This document shows, piece by piece, positions 63,292 to 64,000 of a stretch of DNA of 64,000 bases. Position 1 is the stretch's first letter, and each line of letters starts with the position of its first letter. The stretch lies in the NCBI GenBank assembly GCA_041649115.1, contig JBAZNT010000003.1, positions 13,274 through 77,273 on the forward strand. Reading direction: 5' to 3'. The translations under genes and the position numbers were made by a program. The DNA comes from Candidatus Omnitrophota bacterium (GTDB lineage Bacteria; Omnitrophota; Gorgyraeia; Gygaellales; Profunditerraquicolaceae). The notes beneath the pieces were generated by a model. It did no database searches. It saw only the letters and a list, made by a program, of their open reading frames with translations, and had not been told where the DNA came from.

Positions 63292-64000
63292 ATGAGTAGT
63301 ATATCAAAGACATATCGAGGGTTTGCCGATCAGCCGTTGTCGTCTCAGCAGCTTTTAGATTTATTTGATAAATTATGGGGAGAATCTGCAAGAGGGTTCC
63401 CAAGATATCCACAAGTTATCGGAAGCATAAGTGGTTATTGGCGAAGCGCAGATGGCGTTGAGCACAATGTAAGCAATCTTAATGAAATCTTAAGTGCGTA
63501 TGAGCAAAAGTTAACTAGTGCAATTCAAATTACAGGAAAAATCAACGGAAACCCTAGATGCCTTGTTGATTATATTCCCAGTGAAGCAAAAGTTAGATTT
63601 ACGATAATGGCGGAGAACGAAGAAATTGCAGATCGTTATATAGGTTATGTAAAGGAAATGTTTCCCAATAAAAAGAATCCTATTGTATTTGTAAGTTATG
63701 CTAGGGATGAATTAGCCCTAGCAGATTTTGTGAAGAAGATTTTAATACGTTTTTCAGAAAATAAACTAGACGTATTTGTTGCTACCAGAGATATTCCTCC
63801 GGGAGATAATCCTTTAAGGGTCATGATGGAAGAAAAATTAAAATCTGCTCAAGCCATTATTCCAATTTGTTCCCAATTGGCTAAAGTTTCTTCGTGGGTT
63901 TGGTGGGAAAGTGCTTCGGTTTGGGGCAGAGGATATAAGGTATATCCGTTGTGTACTAATATCTCTCTGGGTGATTTTGGGGCGCCAATGAGTCTTGTAA
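63292..64000 (+). CDS. TIR-domain protein with unknown N-terminal domain; 3' end beyond the window
   Basis: Not in the ORF track because no stop is reached. I translated it by hand. Residues 131-140 are IVFVSYARDE (TIR beta-A pattern). SSWVWWES places a candidate catalytic Glu206 (63907-63909) about 75 residues later. Confidence 0.7.
   Translation, partial: MSSISKTYRGFADQPLSSQQLLDLFDKLWGESARGFPRYPQVIGSISGYWRSADGVEHNVSNLNEILSAYEQKLTSAIQITGKINGNPRCLVDYIPSEAKVRFTIMAENEEIADRYIGYVKEMFPNKKNPIVFVSYARDELALADFVKKILIRFSENKLDVFVATRDIPPGDNPLRVMMEEKLKSAQAIIPICSQLAKVSSWVWWESASVWGRGYKVYPLCTNISLGDFGAPMSLV

Larger units (their letters stand above)
55565..64000. mobile_element. Putative integrated island at the 3' end of tRNA-Ala; right end beyond the window
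   Basis: The evidence is tRNA adjacency, a serine recombinase at the junction, and an abrupt drop from about 50-55% GC to about 30-35% GC (hand counts on sample lines) from about 57.6 kb. Cargo genes are of accessory type. Confidence 0.6.

Noticed and set aside
1-64000. CRISPR arrays, rRNA genes, additional tRNAs, transposase-bearing IS elements
   Set aside because: I saw no regularly spaced direct repeats, no rRNA-like sequence and no transposase-like ORF. The only tRNA-like fold I could build is at 55495-55570. The scan was by eye and is not exhaustive.

Overview
The window is almost entirely plus-strand coding and has three parts. GC values below are hand counts on sample lines only.

(1) 1-37 kb is ordinary housekeeping DNA at about 50-55% GC. 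It holds:
- fabH(partial)-fabD-fabG-acpP-fabF, leuC-leuD-leuB, asd and truA.
- rplM-rpsI and a complete argCJBDFGH block.
- lysA-dapF-dapA-dapB-dapL, folK, panC, an aspartate-dehydrogenase-like gene and uvrA.
- A large TPR protein followed by ExbB/ExbD/TonB-like genes.
- Two paralogous TMTC/PMT-like membrane glycosyltransferase-TPR proteins.

(2) 37-55.3 kb is a type IV filament (T4P/T2SS-like) locus.
- Assembly genes are a PilM-PilN fusion, PilO, a PilP-like gene, a secretin, a PilB/GspE ATPase with an MshEN-type N-terminus, and a PilC platform.
- Seven pilin or pseudopilin-like genes are present, two of them a near-identical tandem duplicate.
- Directly downstream are an STT3/PglB/AglB-family oligosaccharyltransferase (WWDFG and DTD motifs), three GT4 glycosyltransferases and a B12-radical SAM enzyme.
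- The pilins are unusually rich in N-X-S/T sequons, which suggests N-glycosylated pilins in a bacterium.

(3) 55.5-64 kb is a mobile region.
- It starts at tRNA-Ala(CGC).
- A large serine recombinase gene follows, flanked by perfect 87-bp inverted repeats. The recombinase ORF runs antisense through the tRNA.
- Next is a GC-rich hairpin-dense noncoding stretch.
- The remainder is a roughly 30-35% GC island with an XRE regulator and a tightly packed operon of at least 8 genes. These are five membrane proteins, a zinc-ribbon/J-domain/TM protein, a short-lid Hsp70 and a TIR-domain protein cut by the window end.

I consider this Hsp70/J-protein/TIR membrane operon the best candidate for an undescribed system, most likely a defence system. 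The OST-pilin association is second. The source looks like an uncultivated bacterium. An Omnitrophota-like origin is only a guess from gene style. No database search was possible, so all family assignments rest on motifs I recognise in the translations.
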